DNA of 48,463 nt, from IMG/VR virus record IMGVR_UViG_3300005805_006269, positions 1 to 48,463 of that record. One strand, written 5' to 3'. Under the pieces are notes generated by a model. The model saw only the letters and a program-made list of their open reading frames with translations. It made no database searches and was not told the origin of the DNA. The first letter of the stretch is position 1. Every line of letters starts with the position of its first letter. Positions 32,831-42,075 of this stretch are shown piece after piece. The stretch is from a virus. Its lineage: Duplodnaviria; Caudoviricetes. The translations under genes were made by a program, and so were the position numbers.

Positions 32831-33784
32831 TCAATTTTCAGTCAACCATTTTGTATTTTCTTTGTACCAATTAACAGTATCTGCTAATCTATCGTAAATA
32901 CTTATATCCTCTTTCCATCCTAATTTATAAAATTTATCTGAAGACATAGAAAAATAAGTATTATGTCCTTTTCTTTGTACTGGTATAAATTTATATTTTA
33001 ATTTCTTGCCTAAGATGCTAGCTATTTTTTCTGCAAAATCTAAATTAGTTAAAAATTGATTGCCTGAACTATTCCATTTTTCATATAGATGTTTTTGATT
33101 GCTTAGTAAAAATCTTGTGTGAAGAGCAACATCCCCAGCATAAATCCATTTCCTTCCACCTACCATGTTATTTTCATCTATGTGTAGCTCTAAAATATCA
33201 TCATCCAATATTTTTTTAATGGCAATAACAGGAAATCTTTTGCTTTGAGATCTTTCACCAAAAGTATTTGTCAGATGCAAAATGCTTACAGGTACACCAA
33301 ATGTATGTGCGTATGATATACACAACTCTTCTCCCCCTGCTTTAGATGCAGCATAAGGACTCACACTATTGTAAGGATCATTTTCACCCGAATCAGTTCC
33401 TGGTTTTATAGGACCAAAAGATTCTCCAGCACCAAAGTATACAAATCGTTCTATGTTAAGTTTTCTTGATAGTTCTAATAGATGTACAGTACCAACTACA
33501 TTATCCATAACCACTGAAAACGGATCTAAAATACTAGACTCTGAGCTAGGGTTTGCTGCAGCATGTAAAATAATTTTTACATCTTTAAGTTTACTTACAA
33601 TACTGTCATAGCTATTTTTAATGTCGTGATAAATTATTTCTATTTTATTTTCAACTTCAACTAATCTATGAAGATTTCTAGTACCTGGTCTAACAATACA
33701 TATTACAGTATAATCTTTCAAAAATTCTTTGACTAGGAAATGACCTATAAAACCATTAGCACCTGTAATTAGTACTTTCTTCAT
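32831..33784 (-). CDS. NAD-dependent epimerase/dehydratase (RmlB-related, lacking the TDE motif)
   Basis: TGANGFIG, HAAA, PYAASKA; GAGES replaces STDE. Confidence 0.8.
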   Translation of the reverse strand: MKKVLITGANGFIGHFLVKEFLKDYTVICIVRPGTRNLHRLVEVENKIEIIYHDIKNSYDSIVSKLKDVKIILHAAANPSSESSILDPFSVVMDNVVGTVHLLELSRKLNIERFVYFGAGESFGPIKPGTDSGENDPYNSVSPYAASKAGGEELCISYAHTFGVPVSILHLTNTFGERSQSKRFPVIAIKKILDDDILELHIDENNMVGGRKWIYAGDVALHTRFLLSNQKHLYEKWNSSGNQFLTNLDFAEKIASILGKKLKYKFIPVQRKGHNTYFSMSSDKFYKLGWKEDISIYDRLADTVNWYKENTKWLTEN

Positions 33785-34461
33785 TGTGATACATATACCC
33801 GATCTGTACCATTTTTAGCAAGCTGTGCTATTAATTTATAATTAAATTGGCTTAGAAAATTTTCAATCATATCTAAAGTTACATTGTATCTAGCTGCCCA
33901 TCTATCTACCCATTCTATACATATAACTGGTCTGCATTTATTAATTGTTTTAGCTGCACCCAATAAAGCAAAATATTCAAATCCTTCCGTGTCTAAAGCT
34001 ATTAAGTCACACGAAGATAGTTCTAAGTCATCAATTGTTAATGTAGGAAGAGGAGAGGTAAGATATTTTGTTTTAGGATGCATGTCTTTATTATTATAGA
34101 TGTGTGTACATCCTACATTGTCATCATTAACTTCTAAAGAATACATTTTTTTTTCCAACCCCAAACACGATTGAAATTTAATAACGTTATTAGTATCACA
34201 GTTTAAACTTAAACATAAAAAATTTGTAGGATCTGGTTCAAAGACGTAAACAGTATTAAAAATTTTTGAGTACTCTTTAACGTATAACCCAACTGCACCA
34301 CCCGCTTGTATTACAACATCCTTGTTTTTTACAAAATTTGATAATTTTACAGGAACATCTGGATACTCCTTACAATGCTCCCAATATTCTGTATCAGATT
34401 TAGGCCAATACCAACCCTGTCTTAATTCAATACTATCCATTAATTTATTCAAAAAATCCAC
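33781..34461 (-). CDS. FkbM-family methyltransferase
   Basis: VIQAGGAVG, VFEPD, TIDDL, LDTEGFEYFALLGA. Confidence 0.88.
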   Translation of the reverse strand: MDFLNKLMDSIELRQGWYWPKSDTEYWEHCKEYPDVPVKLSNFVKNKDVVIQAGGAVGLYVKEYSKIFNTVYVFEPDPTNFLCLSLNCDTNNVIKFQSCLGLEKKMYSLEVNDDNVGCTHIYNNKDMHPKTKYLTSPLPTLTIDDLELSSCDLIALDTEGFEYFALLGAAKTINKCRPVICIEWVDRWAARYNVTLDMIENFLSQFNYKLIAQLAKNGTDRVYVSQ

Positions 34462-34466
34462 CTTTT

Positions 34467-35201
34467 TTAAATAGTAACAATCATTTCATTAGTTAGTTCT
34501 TCGTCACTTAAGAACGGAGTCATATCGTGCAGTCCGCATTGCTTGCCATTTTTAAGAGCTTGGGCTGGAAGTATTTCTTGATCTTTTGTACAAATACAAT
34601 CCACCAAAAAAGCTTTCTTGGATTTGAACACAACCTTTAATTCATTTAGTTCTTCAACCAAATTGATTCTTACATACTCCATATCAAATGCTTTTGCTAT
34701 TTGTTTAAAATCTGGAAACCACAAACCAGTTTCACTACTTGTTCCAAACACTCTACCCCCAAAGTATTTTGTTTGCGTGTTTTTTATGCTTAAGTAGCCG
34801 GAATTGTTTAGAATTAAAAATTTTATATTTAAGTTGTGCTCTCTCACAACAGCTAACTCTTGAATGTTGCTCATAAAACTGCCATCACCAATAATTGGAA
34901 TAACATTTCTATCTGTTGATAGTGCTACACCTATACTAGCTGGTAATGCCCATCCCATGTCAGCTTGTGCAGGACTAAAAATAAATTTTTGATTACCTTT
35001 GGCTTTTAATGCAACTGGACCAGCATAGCTTATACTCCCAGCGTCTCCCATAATGACATCATCTATTCCACTATGTTTATTAACAGCGTCTAGTACAGCA
35101 TAAAGATTAATACCATTTTGATCATTAAAATATTCTGGCTGAATAACTGGCCATTTATTTTTCCAGTGATTACATTTTACTATCCATTCATTTTTATTCA
35201 A
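34467..35201 (-). CDS. ThDP-dependent enzyme, C-terminal PP domain (split YerE/acetolactate-synthase-like)
   Basis: GDGSFMSNIQEL...LNNSGYLSI ThDP motif; MGWALPASIG; TTG start with a GGAG RBS. Confidence 0.85.
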   Translation of the reverse strand: MNKNEWIVKCNHWKNKWPVIQPEYFNDQNGINLYAVLDAVNKHSGIDDVIMGDAGSISYAGPVALKAKGNQKFIFSPAQADMGWALPASIGVALSTDRNVIPIIGDGSFMSNIQELAVVREHNLNIKFLILNNSGYLSIKNTQTKYFGGRVFGTSSETGLWFPDFKQIAKAFDMEYVRINLVEELNELKVVFKSKKAFLVDCICTKDQEILPAQALKNGKQCGLHDMTPFLSDEELTNEMIVTI

Positions 35202-36163
35202 AGTGTGTCTCCAAAGAATTCTTTGAGATCTGCATTTAAAGTTTGATATTGATCTAAAATGTTTTTGTTCAATTCGTCTTCATCACAATCAACTATGAGT
35301 TTTGGTGTGTAAGGACTAAATTGTTTTGGATCATATCCAATTACACTAGAATTAAGACTGGAACCAAGCACAAGCAAACTATCACAATTTTGCAATGCAA
35401 AGTTTCCAGCTCTACTTCCTTTAATACCAACAGTACCTATGTTTAGTGGATGATCGTGTTCAAAATAGTCTCGAGCTCCATACGTACTTACATATGGAAC
35501 ACTGTAATCTAAAATAAACTCTCTAAAAAGTTCTACGGTGTTAGACTGTCTAATACCATAACCAGCAAGTACCAAAGGTCTCTTGCTCTCTTTCCAAAAA
35601 CTTTCTAAAATGTTATAACTATTTGGCATTAAGGCAGTTTGTATATCACCGGGAATATCAATCCACACAGGACCTTTACGGCCACTTGTTGCAATGTCAA
35701 TAGCTTTTTCTAAAACTTTCTTCACTTCGTTAACATTAGTAACAAAATAACTAAACTTAGTCATATTCTTGTAAGTATCAACAATGTGATGTTCTTGGAT
35801 ACCATACTTACGAATGTTAATGTTCTTTTGTTTATTAATTTCTCCGCTACAAGTATTGAGTCTTACGTTTCCAGAAATAAACACAACTGGAACTGAATCC
35901 TGCCAAGCATTCAAAACACTTGTAGCACAATTTGTACCACCACAACCAGTAGTTGGATTTACTACAGAAAAGTTTCCAGTGTATTTACTCTCTCCAATAG
36001 CAGCATGGCCAGCTCCTTGCTCGTGATGATAGCAAATATACTTAATTTTACCGTGTTTAATGAAGCCATCATTAAGACCGCTAGCACCGCCTCCCATTAA
36101 ACCATGAACACGGTCTATGCCTTTATTATAAAGGAATTGAGCTATCCAATCACATACTCTCAT
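35198..36163 (-). CDS. ThDP-dependent enzyme, N-terminal Pyr and middle domains (split YerE-like)
   Basis: HHEQGA, TTGCGGTN, AWQDSVP, GRKGPVWIDIP, RAGNFALQNCD. Confidence 0.85.
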   Translation of the reverse strand: MRVCDWIAQFLYNKGIDRVHGLMGGGASGLNDGFIKHGKIKYICYHHEQGAGHAAIGESKYTGNFSVVNPTTGCGGTNCATSVLNAWQDSVPVVFISGNVRLNTCSGEINKQKNINIRKYGIQEHHIVDTYKNMTKFSYFVTNVNEVKKVLEKAIDIATSGRKGPVWIDIPGDIQTALMPNSYNILESFWKESKRPLVLAGYGIRQSNTVELFREFILDYSVPYVSTYGARDYFEHDHPLNIGTVGIKGSRAGNFALQNCDSLLVLGSSLNSSVIGYDPKQFSPYTPKLIVDCDEDELNKNILDQYQTLNADLKEFFGDTL

Positions 36164-37326
36164 ATCTTTAATACCCACTTATTAATAATGTCTAATGCTT
36201 TATAGATATTTTCTTTACTAGTAGCATAACAAAGTCGAATATAACCTTCACCATAGTTACCAAAGCAGTTACCAGGTAACGATACCAGCCCTTCTTCTAA
36301 CAATTGATCACAAACTTGATTAGAAGAAAGCTTAGTTTGTGTTATGTTTGGAAAAACATAAAATGCTCCGCCGGGTTCAACACAGCTTATATTTTTAATT
36401 TTGTTAAGACCAGATACAAGTATACTTCTTCTTTCATTATACTCTTGCATCATATGGAATACAACTTCTTGTGTGCCCTCTATTGCCTCTTTACCAGCAT
36501 ATTGAATAAATGGGCTAACACAGCTGCTTGTTGTTTGTAATAGTGCTGCCATTCTTTCTATAACATTTTCAGGACCAATAATAGCTCCTAGTCTCCATCC
36601 AGTCATTGCAAATGCTTTACTAAATCCATTACTTAATATTACTCTTTCCTTACATTTGTCAAATATGCTTGGACTAAAAAATTTAAATGGCTCAAAAATC
36701 ATTCTGCTATAGATCTCATCGCTATACAGATACAAATCATTTTCTTTTGCTATTTGATAAACAGCTTCTATCTCCTTAGCAGTCATAACACTGCCAGTGG
36801 GATTGTTAGGACTATTGATAATAATAAGTCTTGTTTTAGGTGTCACAGCTTTTGCAATATCATCAGGGCTCATCCTAAAATCATTTTCTTCTTTGAGTGG
36901 TATTCGAACTGGAATAGCACCACACATTTTTATAGAACTATAGTATGTTGCAAATCCAGGATCTGGCACAATTACCTCACAACCAGGATCTACTAAACAG
37001 AAAATAGAATAAAAAATTCCAATATTTGCACCAGGAACCACTAACACTTGATTTGTGTCTGGGAGAAATGATCTACTTCTAAGTGTAGCTTGTCTAATTG
37101 TTTCTCTAAAATCTAAAAGACCAAAACTACTACAATAATGAGTATCCCCTCTATACAAAGACTCTACTGCTTTATCAACAATATTTTTTGGAGTTGAGAA
37201 GTCTGGGTCGCCTATTTCCATGTGAACAAGTTTTCGTCCTTGACTCTCTAGTAACTTAGCCTTATCAAGATACTTAAACATAGGTTGTCCATCTATGTTC
37301 AATGACGAGAGTGACAAAGACTTCAT
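36160..37326 (-). CDS. PLP-dependent class I/II aminotransferase
   Basis: IGDPDF, INSPNNPTG, SDEIY, GFSKAFAMTGWRLG. Confidence 0.92.
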   Translation of the reverse strand: MKSLSLSSLNIDGQPMFKYLDKAKLLESQGRKLVHMEIGDPDFSTPKNIVDKAVESLYRGDTHYCSSFGLLDFRETIRQATLRSRSFLPDTNQVLVVPGANIGIFYSIFCLVDPGCEVIVPDPGFATYYSSIKMCGAIPVRIPLKEENDFRMSPDDIAKAVTPKTRLIIINSPNNPTGSVMTAKEIEAVYQIAKENDLYLYSDEIYSRMIFEPFKFFSPSIFDKCKERVILSNGFSKAFAMTGWRLGAIIGPENVIERMAALLQTTSSCVSPFIQYAGKEAIEGTQEVVFHMMQEYNERRSILVSGLNKIKNISCVEPGGAFYVFPNITQTKLSSNQVCDQLLEEGLVSLPGNCFGNYGEGYIRLCYATSKENIYKALDIINKWVLKI

Positions 37327-38654
37327 GCAAATAAACTCATAAACGAATCAACTCTTTCTCCAATGTAAGCAATCTGTTCTGGTGTGATTACTGGACTCGT
37401 ACCGTGAAAGTATGTGTTTAACATCACATGAGTAGCAATTGGAAAATCATTCTTTGCAACACTTGGATCCATAATGTGTGAATATGCTGGTTGTAGCATA
37501 ATGTTACCAGCAAAGTAAGGACGAGTCTGAATAAGAGATTCTTCTAAGTAATCTACAATATCGTTTCTGTTAAATGGACTACCTTTTCTAATGGTTAGAG
37601 GGAAAGCAAACCAGCTTGGATCGCTTTTAAGTTGTGGTCTTGGTAGATGAAAATATTCTTCATACTTTGAATAGATATCAAAAAGAAGTTTATAGTTTCT
37701 TTTCCGCAAGGAATGAATTTCATCCAACTTATCCAATTGAACTAACCCCATTGCTCCCTGTAGTTCAATTGGTTTTAGGTTGTAACCTATTTCGTTATAA
37801 ACATATTTGTGATCAAATATTTCCCCTTGCATACAAGGTATCCATTCTGAAAATCTTTTACCACAAGTACCACACTTAAGTTTGTTAGCTTCGGGTCCAA
37901 TACAATAACAACCTCTACCCCATTCTCTAAACGACCTTAGAATAACTTCGGTATCATAATCCTTACATGCAACAAACCCACCTTCCCCCATTGTCATGTG
38001 GTGAGCTGGGTAAAACGAACAAGAAGCCATGTTGCCAAATGAACCAAGTGGTTTACCATCATAGGTACTACCAAGTGCATCACAACAATCTTCTAGCAAT
38101 ATTAGATTGTATCTTTCAACAAGATACATAATCCATTCCATATGTGGAGGATTACCTAACACATGAGCAAATGTAATTACTTTAATGTCATGTTGTTTAA
38201 TTAATTCTTCTGCCTTAGTAAGATCTAAGTTAAGAGTCTCAAGTTCAATGTCTAAGAACACAGGTTCAAATCCAACCTGAAGAGTTGGATTAAGTGTAGT
38301 TGGAAAACCAGCAATCGGCATTAAAACTTTAGTACCCTTTGGTAAGTTATAACCTCTCTTAGAAGTAAGAGTGGACATCATTAATAGATTTGAGCTAGAA
38401 CCAGAATTAGTAAGAATACCGTATTCCTTTCCAAACTGCTTAGGAAATCTTTTCTCAAACTCTACACATTTGTCTCCCATTACTAACCAACCATCTAACA
38501 AAGTTTCTGTAGCGGCTAATATTTCTTTGTAATCAAAATACGGTCCTGAATAATTAATATAATCTTTACCAGGTTGCCAGGAGTGACGTTTCTTATCAGC
38601 TTTTTTAAGACTAAGAAAGGTTTGTATGTTATTAAATATTGTTTGTTTATCCAC
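37323..38654 (-). CDS. rfbH: NDP-4-keto-6-deoxyglucose 3-dehydrase (E1, RfbH/DdhC)
   Basis: NSGSSSNLL, EDCCDALG, SFYPAHHMTMGEGG (His replaces the Schiff-base Lys), WGRGCYC...CGTCG Fe-S Cys cluster, DHKYVY. Confidence 0.9.
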   Translation of the reverse strand: MDKQTIFNNIQTFLSLKKADKKRHSWQPGKDYINYSGPYFDYKEILAATETLLDGWLVMGDKCVEFEKRFPKQFGKEYGILTNSGSSSNLLMMSTLTSKRGYNLPKGTKVLMPIAGFPTTLNPTLQVGFEPVFLDIELETLNLDLTKAEELIKQHDIKVITFAHVLGNPPHMEWIMYLVERYNLILLEDCCDALGSTYDGKPLGSFGNMASCSFYPAHHMTMGEGGFVACKDYDTEVILRSFREWGRGCYCIGPEANKLKCGTCGKRFSEWIPCMQGEIFDHKYVYNEIGYNLKPIELQGAMGLVQLDKLDEIHSLRKRNYKLLFDIYSKYEEYFHLPRPQLKSDPSWFAFPLTIRKGSPFNRNDIVDYLEESLIQTRPYFAGNIMLQPAYSHIMDPSVAKNDFPIATHVMLNTYFHGTSPVITPEQIAYIGERVDSFMSLFA

Positions 38655-38655
38655 A

Positions 38656-39576
38656 CTATCCCCAATAAGCGAAGTTAACCTCTAAGTTAGGATATAATAG
38701 TCTGTTGTTTGCTTCATCAATCTTTAATGGATATATCCAATGTTCATTGAATATATTATGCCACTCACTGTGCCCAGGTACTTTTGTCCAGCGATATCCA
38801 TATACTCCAAAATGCAATTGTATTGCCCCTCCGGTTTGAATACCTACCTTACCTCTTTCCTTAGCATGCTGAACATAGAAAGGAGCTGATGTTGTACATC
38901 CTGCTAACAAAACATCATAGTCATAACCATCAATAATCTTTTTTATATGCTCTACAGAATCTAACCATGTCTCACAATTTTCAGGTTGTCTATCATCCAT
39001 TGTGGGGTGATAAGGAGATCTTATAACATCAACAAGTTCATATGGAACTATTAAATCTTTTTTATCCCCCCAAACCTTATCAATTTGTTTCCATTGTTGT
39101 TTTATTGACTCGACGTGTGTGGAAATTACTAATACTTTTTTATTCTTTAAATAATGAGTCCAAGGTATTTGTGGTTTTGGTAAACCAAAATTCTTTGTAG
39201 CACAACCAAGCAAAGGTCCTGGATCCATAACATAAAAGTCAGGGTAGAAAAACATATCTTTGTTTTCAAAGAAATGTGACAGTGGCCCATTTTTAATTTC
39301 CCCTGACATATCAACAAAGCCAAGTATATCAGCTTTCTCCATTATTTTAAACGTTTCTTTTTGAACTACGTTAATACCATACTCCATATTTGTTGGATAA
39401 ACACCACCTTCAATTAAAGTGCTACTGGTATAAAATGCTGGAGAAATAGGAATATTTTTAAAGATACAATCAATCACATATCCAGCTGTATTATCTATTC
39501 TGAGACACGAAAACGGATCACCACTTTGTAGTTTATCCGAAAGAAGTTGATTAATACCTAAAAAGTCTAATCTCAT
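38656..39576 (-). CDS. Glycan-cluster protein, possible GT-D-like transferase
   Basis: PWTHYLKNKKVLVIS, YDVLLAGC, GKVGIQTGGAIQLHFGVYGYRW. Confidence 0.5.
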   Translation of the reverse strand: MRLDFLGINQLLSDKLQSGDPFSCLRIDNTAGYVIDCIFKNIPISPAFYTSSTLIEGGVYPTNMEYGINVVQKETFKIMEKADILGFVDMSGEIKNGPLSHFFENKDMFFYPDFYVMDPGPLLGCATKNFGLPKPQIPWTHYLKNKKVLVISTHVESIKQQWKQIDKVWGDKKDLIVPYELVDVIRSPYHPTMDDRQPENCETWLDSVEHIKKIIDGYDYDVLLAGCTTSAPFYVQHAKERGKVGIQTGGAIQLHFGVYGYRWTKVPGHSEWHNIFNEHWIYPLKIDEANNRLLYPNLEVNFAYWG

Positions 39577-40283
39577 TTTTTATAATATTTCAAAAGATTG
39601 ATATGATTACCCTTGATGTATCCAAAAGCTTCTTTTACATCAGGCTCTAGTGTTTCATAAAACTTGTGCATTTCTTTTTCAGCTTGCTCTTTACTATAGT
39701 TTGTTCCTGGAGGATGTTCGACTGTAAAATTGTAATCTCTTATTACAGGACGCTTCATCATAAAACTTAGCGCAGTATAAATTATATCAAAGCTCCAACC
39801 CATCTTAAAAGGAGCAAAATTAATATTACGTTTTATTGCTTCGTTAATTATATCTTTATGCACAAACCAGCAAGTACAATCGGGATTAGAAACCATTTTA
39901 AGATTTGTATTATCACCAAATTTTATCTTAGGCAAATCTACTCTATCGGATGTATAGAAAGTGTAATCAACATTAGGAGCATATATACCACATTTGTATT
40001 TTTCTATATACTTTTCTGCTGCAGTATAAATTAATTCCCAATCTTCAAAAGAGGCGTCAGCTTGTATATGAAATAGTACATCACTATCAAATAGTTCTAT
40101 AGCTTTTAAATACTGAGCGGTAAAGTAGCTATCCTCACCTATGTTATGCCAATGATTAAACTTATTGTTGTCGTCACTATTAATAATAATTGGATTCTTA
40201 CCAAGCGCGTTAAGTTGTTTTTCTTTGTAAATAGTTTTATCTAATTGGTTACGCCAATTAAAAATAAACGTTTGAATTTTCAT
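39573..40283 (-). CDS. Putative GT-A glycosyltransferase
   Basis: FIFNW, INSDD, HIQAD, GWSFD, VEHP; cluster context. Confidence 0.5.
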   Translation of the reverse strand: MKIQTFIFNWRNQLDKTIYKEKQLNALGKNPIIINSDDNNKFNHWHNIGEDSYFTAQYLKAIELFDSDVLFHIQADASFEDWELIYTAAEKYIEKYKCGIYAPNVDYTFYTSDRVDLPKIKFGDNTNLKMVSNPDCTCWFVHKDIINEAIKRNINFAPFKMGWSFDIIYTALSFMMKRPVIRDYNFTVEHPPGTNYSKEQAEKEMHKFYETLEPDVKEAFGYIKGNHINLLKYYKK

Positions 40284-41149
40284 CTGGATAGTACTTTCTG
40301 ATACACTATTGCATCAAACCAGTTTAAAAAGTTATTGTATAAAAGATATGACGGGGGGATGTTATTAATAAATTTAGGTGCACTCAGAATCTCATTGTAT
40401 AGATCATTATCCTCATCTACTTTCAAAACAAAGTCAATAGCTTCTTTTTGGTTTTTAAAGTTATGTACATTAATAAAGCTATCTTTATTAAAGTCTGACT
40501 CCACTGTAGGACTACCCCAATAGATTGGAATTGTACCAGCATAAAAAGCATGAAGCAATTTTTCAGTTACATAACCAGGATGTGACATACTCTCAAAACA
40601 TATGTTAAATTTTCTCGTTGAAAGAAAATTTATCTTTGCTTCTTCACCATCTAGCTTTGCATTGATATTGTTATAAAGAGGTCCTCCACTATCAACATGC
40701 TTTATTAAATTTAAAGTCTGAAAAAAAGAATTTCGTTCTTGGCATCTAGGGTTCTGTACAACAAAAGAGCAAAAATTATCTTTTGTTCTTACTTCTGGTT
40801 TAAAAATGTAATTTTTACCGTACTTTGTGTTGTGTATGTTTTTTAGTGCCCACATATAGATAACAAACAAAGGTAACCTATAGTGCCACGGATTATAGTT
40901 GTGGTCAAATGAAATAGCATAATGGCAGTCATACTGATCGGGTCGTCTATTTTCTCCTGTGTAGAAAATCTTTATACAATCACTTTTTGTAAACTTATGA
41001 TTTGAAGTACCAAAGTTTTCATCACCAAACAAAAGATACTCTGGTGATTTGTTGTCAACCTCTATATCATATCTTTGCTGTAAAATACTAACAAAGAACT
41101 GCTGAAGATGGTCGTGTGTGTCAGCAAAACCAATCTTAAGCTTTTTCAT
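40280..41149 (-). CDS. GT10 alpha-1,3/4-fucosyltransferase-like enzyme
   Basis: IFYTGEN, FCSFVVQN, KFNICFES..PGYVTEKLLHAFYAGTIPIYWG (GT10 alpha-1,3 motif). Confidence 0.9.
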   Translation of the reverse strand: MKKLKIGFADTHDHLQQFFVSILQQRYDIEVDNKSPEYLLFGDENFGTSNHKFTKSDCIKIFYTGENRRPDQYDCHYAISFDHNYNPWHYRLPLFVIYMWALKNIHNTKYGKNYIFKPEVRTKDNFCSFVVQNPRCQERNSFFQTLNLIKHVDSGGPLYNNINAKLDGEEAKINFLSTRKFNICFESMSHPGYVTEKLLHAFYAGTIPIYWGSPTVESDFNKDSFINVHNFKNQKEAIDFVLKVDEDNDLYNEILSAPKFINNIPPSYLLYNNFLNWFDAIVYQKVLSR

Positions 41150-42062
41150 TGGGAAGTGCTTCTTTAATGGTATTGTATATTAATTCTGTTTCTTCTTCAG
41201 ACAATACATGGTTATTGTTTACAGGAACCGCATTGTACTTGCATTTAATATTCAACCCATTAGACATAGTTTCTTTAATGGTTTCATACTCTGGATTTTT
41301 TTTATTGAACGAAATAAAAATTTTATTTGAATCCATAAAGTTGTCGTAAGTTTCACAAAAAACAAATGGTCCAGAATTCTTGCCTACTATAACATTTACT
41401 TTGGTGCTCAAATAACTAATTTCTAACAAATCACAATCATCCGCAAATTTGGTAATGTCATTGGTAAAAAAAACATTGTCTAATACAGTTTCAAAAGAAT
41501 TAGTACAATAAAAATCTACATCTCTAAACTCTTCTGCAAGCTGATTAATAATATTGGCCATATTGGAAGAAAAAGATTGTGATGAAAGAGGTTCATTATT
41601 ACAGATTAAAACTTTAAATCTATTTTTTCTATGATCCAGAAAACTATCTACTAGCGTGGTGTTTATCTGGTTGTAATTTATTTTGGGAAGGTAATCCTCT
41701 TTGTTTGGTTTAAGAACAATTGATGTATTAAATGTTTTGTTTATTGCATTAAACAATTTGCCCCACTGCTCATATAATGTATGCATATTAATTCCACCAT
41801 GCTTACAAAATATATCCCAAAAATAACCCACCCAAGTATTGACACAAAGAGTATTTTCATACTTGTAGAGGGGTTTACGATAATCAAACTTATGTGGACT
41901 ACCAGTAATCTTAATGTCCAACTCATCTAGTAGTTTCTGTGGATTCTCGGTAAGATATTCAAACTTAACCTCTTTAAGTTCGTTTTTAATTTGCCTAACA
42001 AACTCTTTATGAGTGTGCAAGTCACCTTTGTGAGCGTGATTAAAGAATATAATTTTATTCAC
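41136..42062 (-). CDS. Putative GT-B glycosyltransferase
   Basis: HKGDL near the N-terminus and DLLEISYLS..VNVIVGKNSGP (GT9-like C-terminal motif); GTG start. Confidence 0.5.
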   Translation of the reverse strand: MNKIIFFNHAHKGDLHTHKEFVRQIKNELKEVKFEYLTENPQKLLDELDIKITGSPHKFDYRKPLYKYENTLCVNTWVGYFWDIFCKHGGINMHTLYEQWGKLFNAINKTFNTSIVLKPNKEDYLPKINYNQINTTLVDSFLDHRKNRFKVLICNNEPLSSQSFSSNMANIINQLAEEFRDVDFYCTNSFETVLDNVFFTNDITKFADDCDLLEISYLSTKVNVIVGKNSGPFVFCETYDNFMDSNKIFISFNKKNPEYETIKETMSNGLNIKCKYNAVPVNNNHVLSEEETELIYNTIKEALPNEKA

Positions 42063-42075
42063 ATTTGTCTTTCAG

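Noticed and set aside
35190-35215. prfB-like CTT TGA +1 frameshift joining the two ThDP halves
   Set aside because: The +1 frame hits TAA after two codons. The downstream ORF is in the -1 frame and has its own SD and TTG start.
34467-37326. Branched-chain amino-acid biosynthesis auxiliary genes (ilvB plus transaminase)
   Set aside because: No ilvC, ilvD or ilvH is present, and the genes are coupled to rfbH within a sugar operon, which fits YerE-like chemistry better
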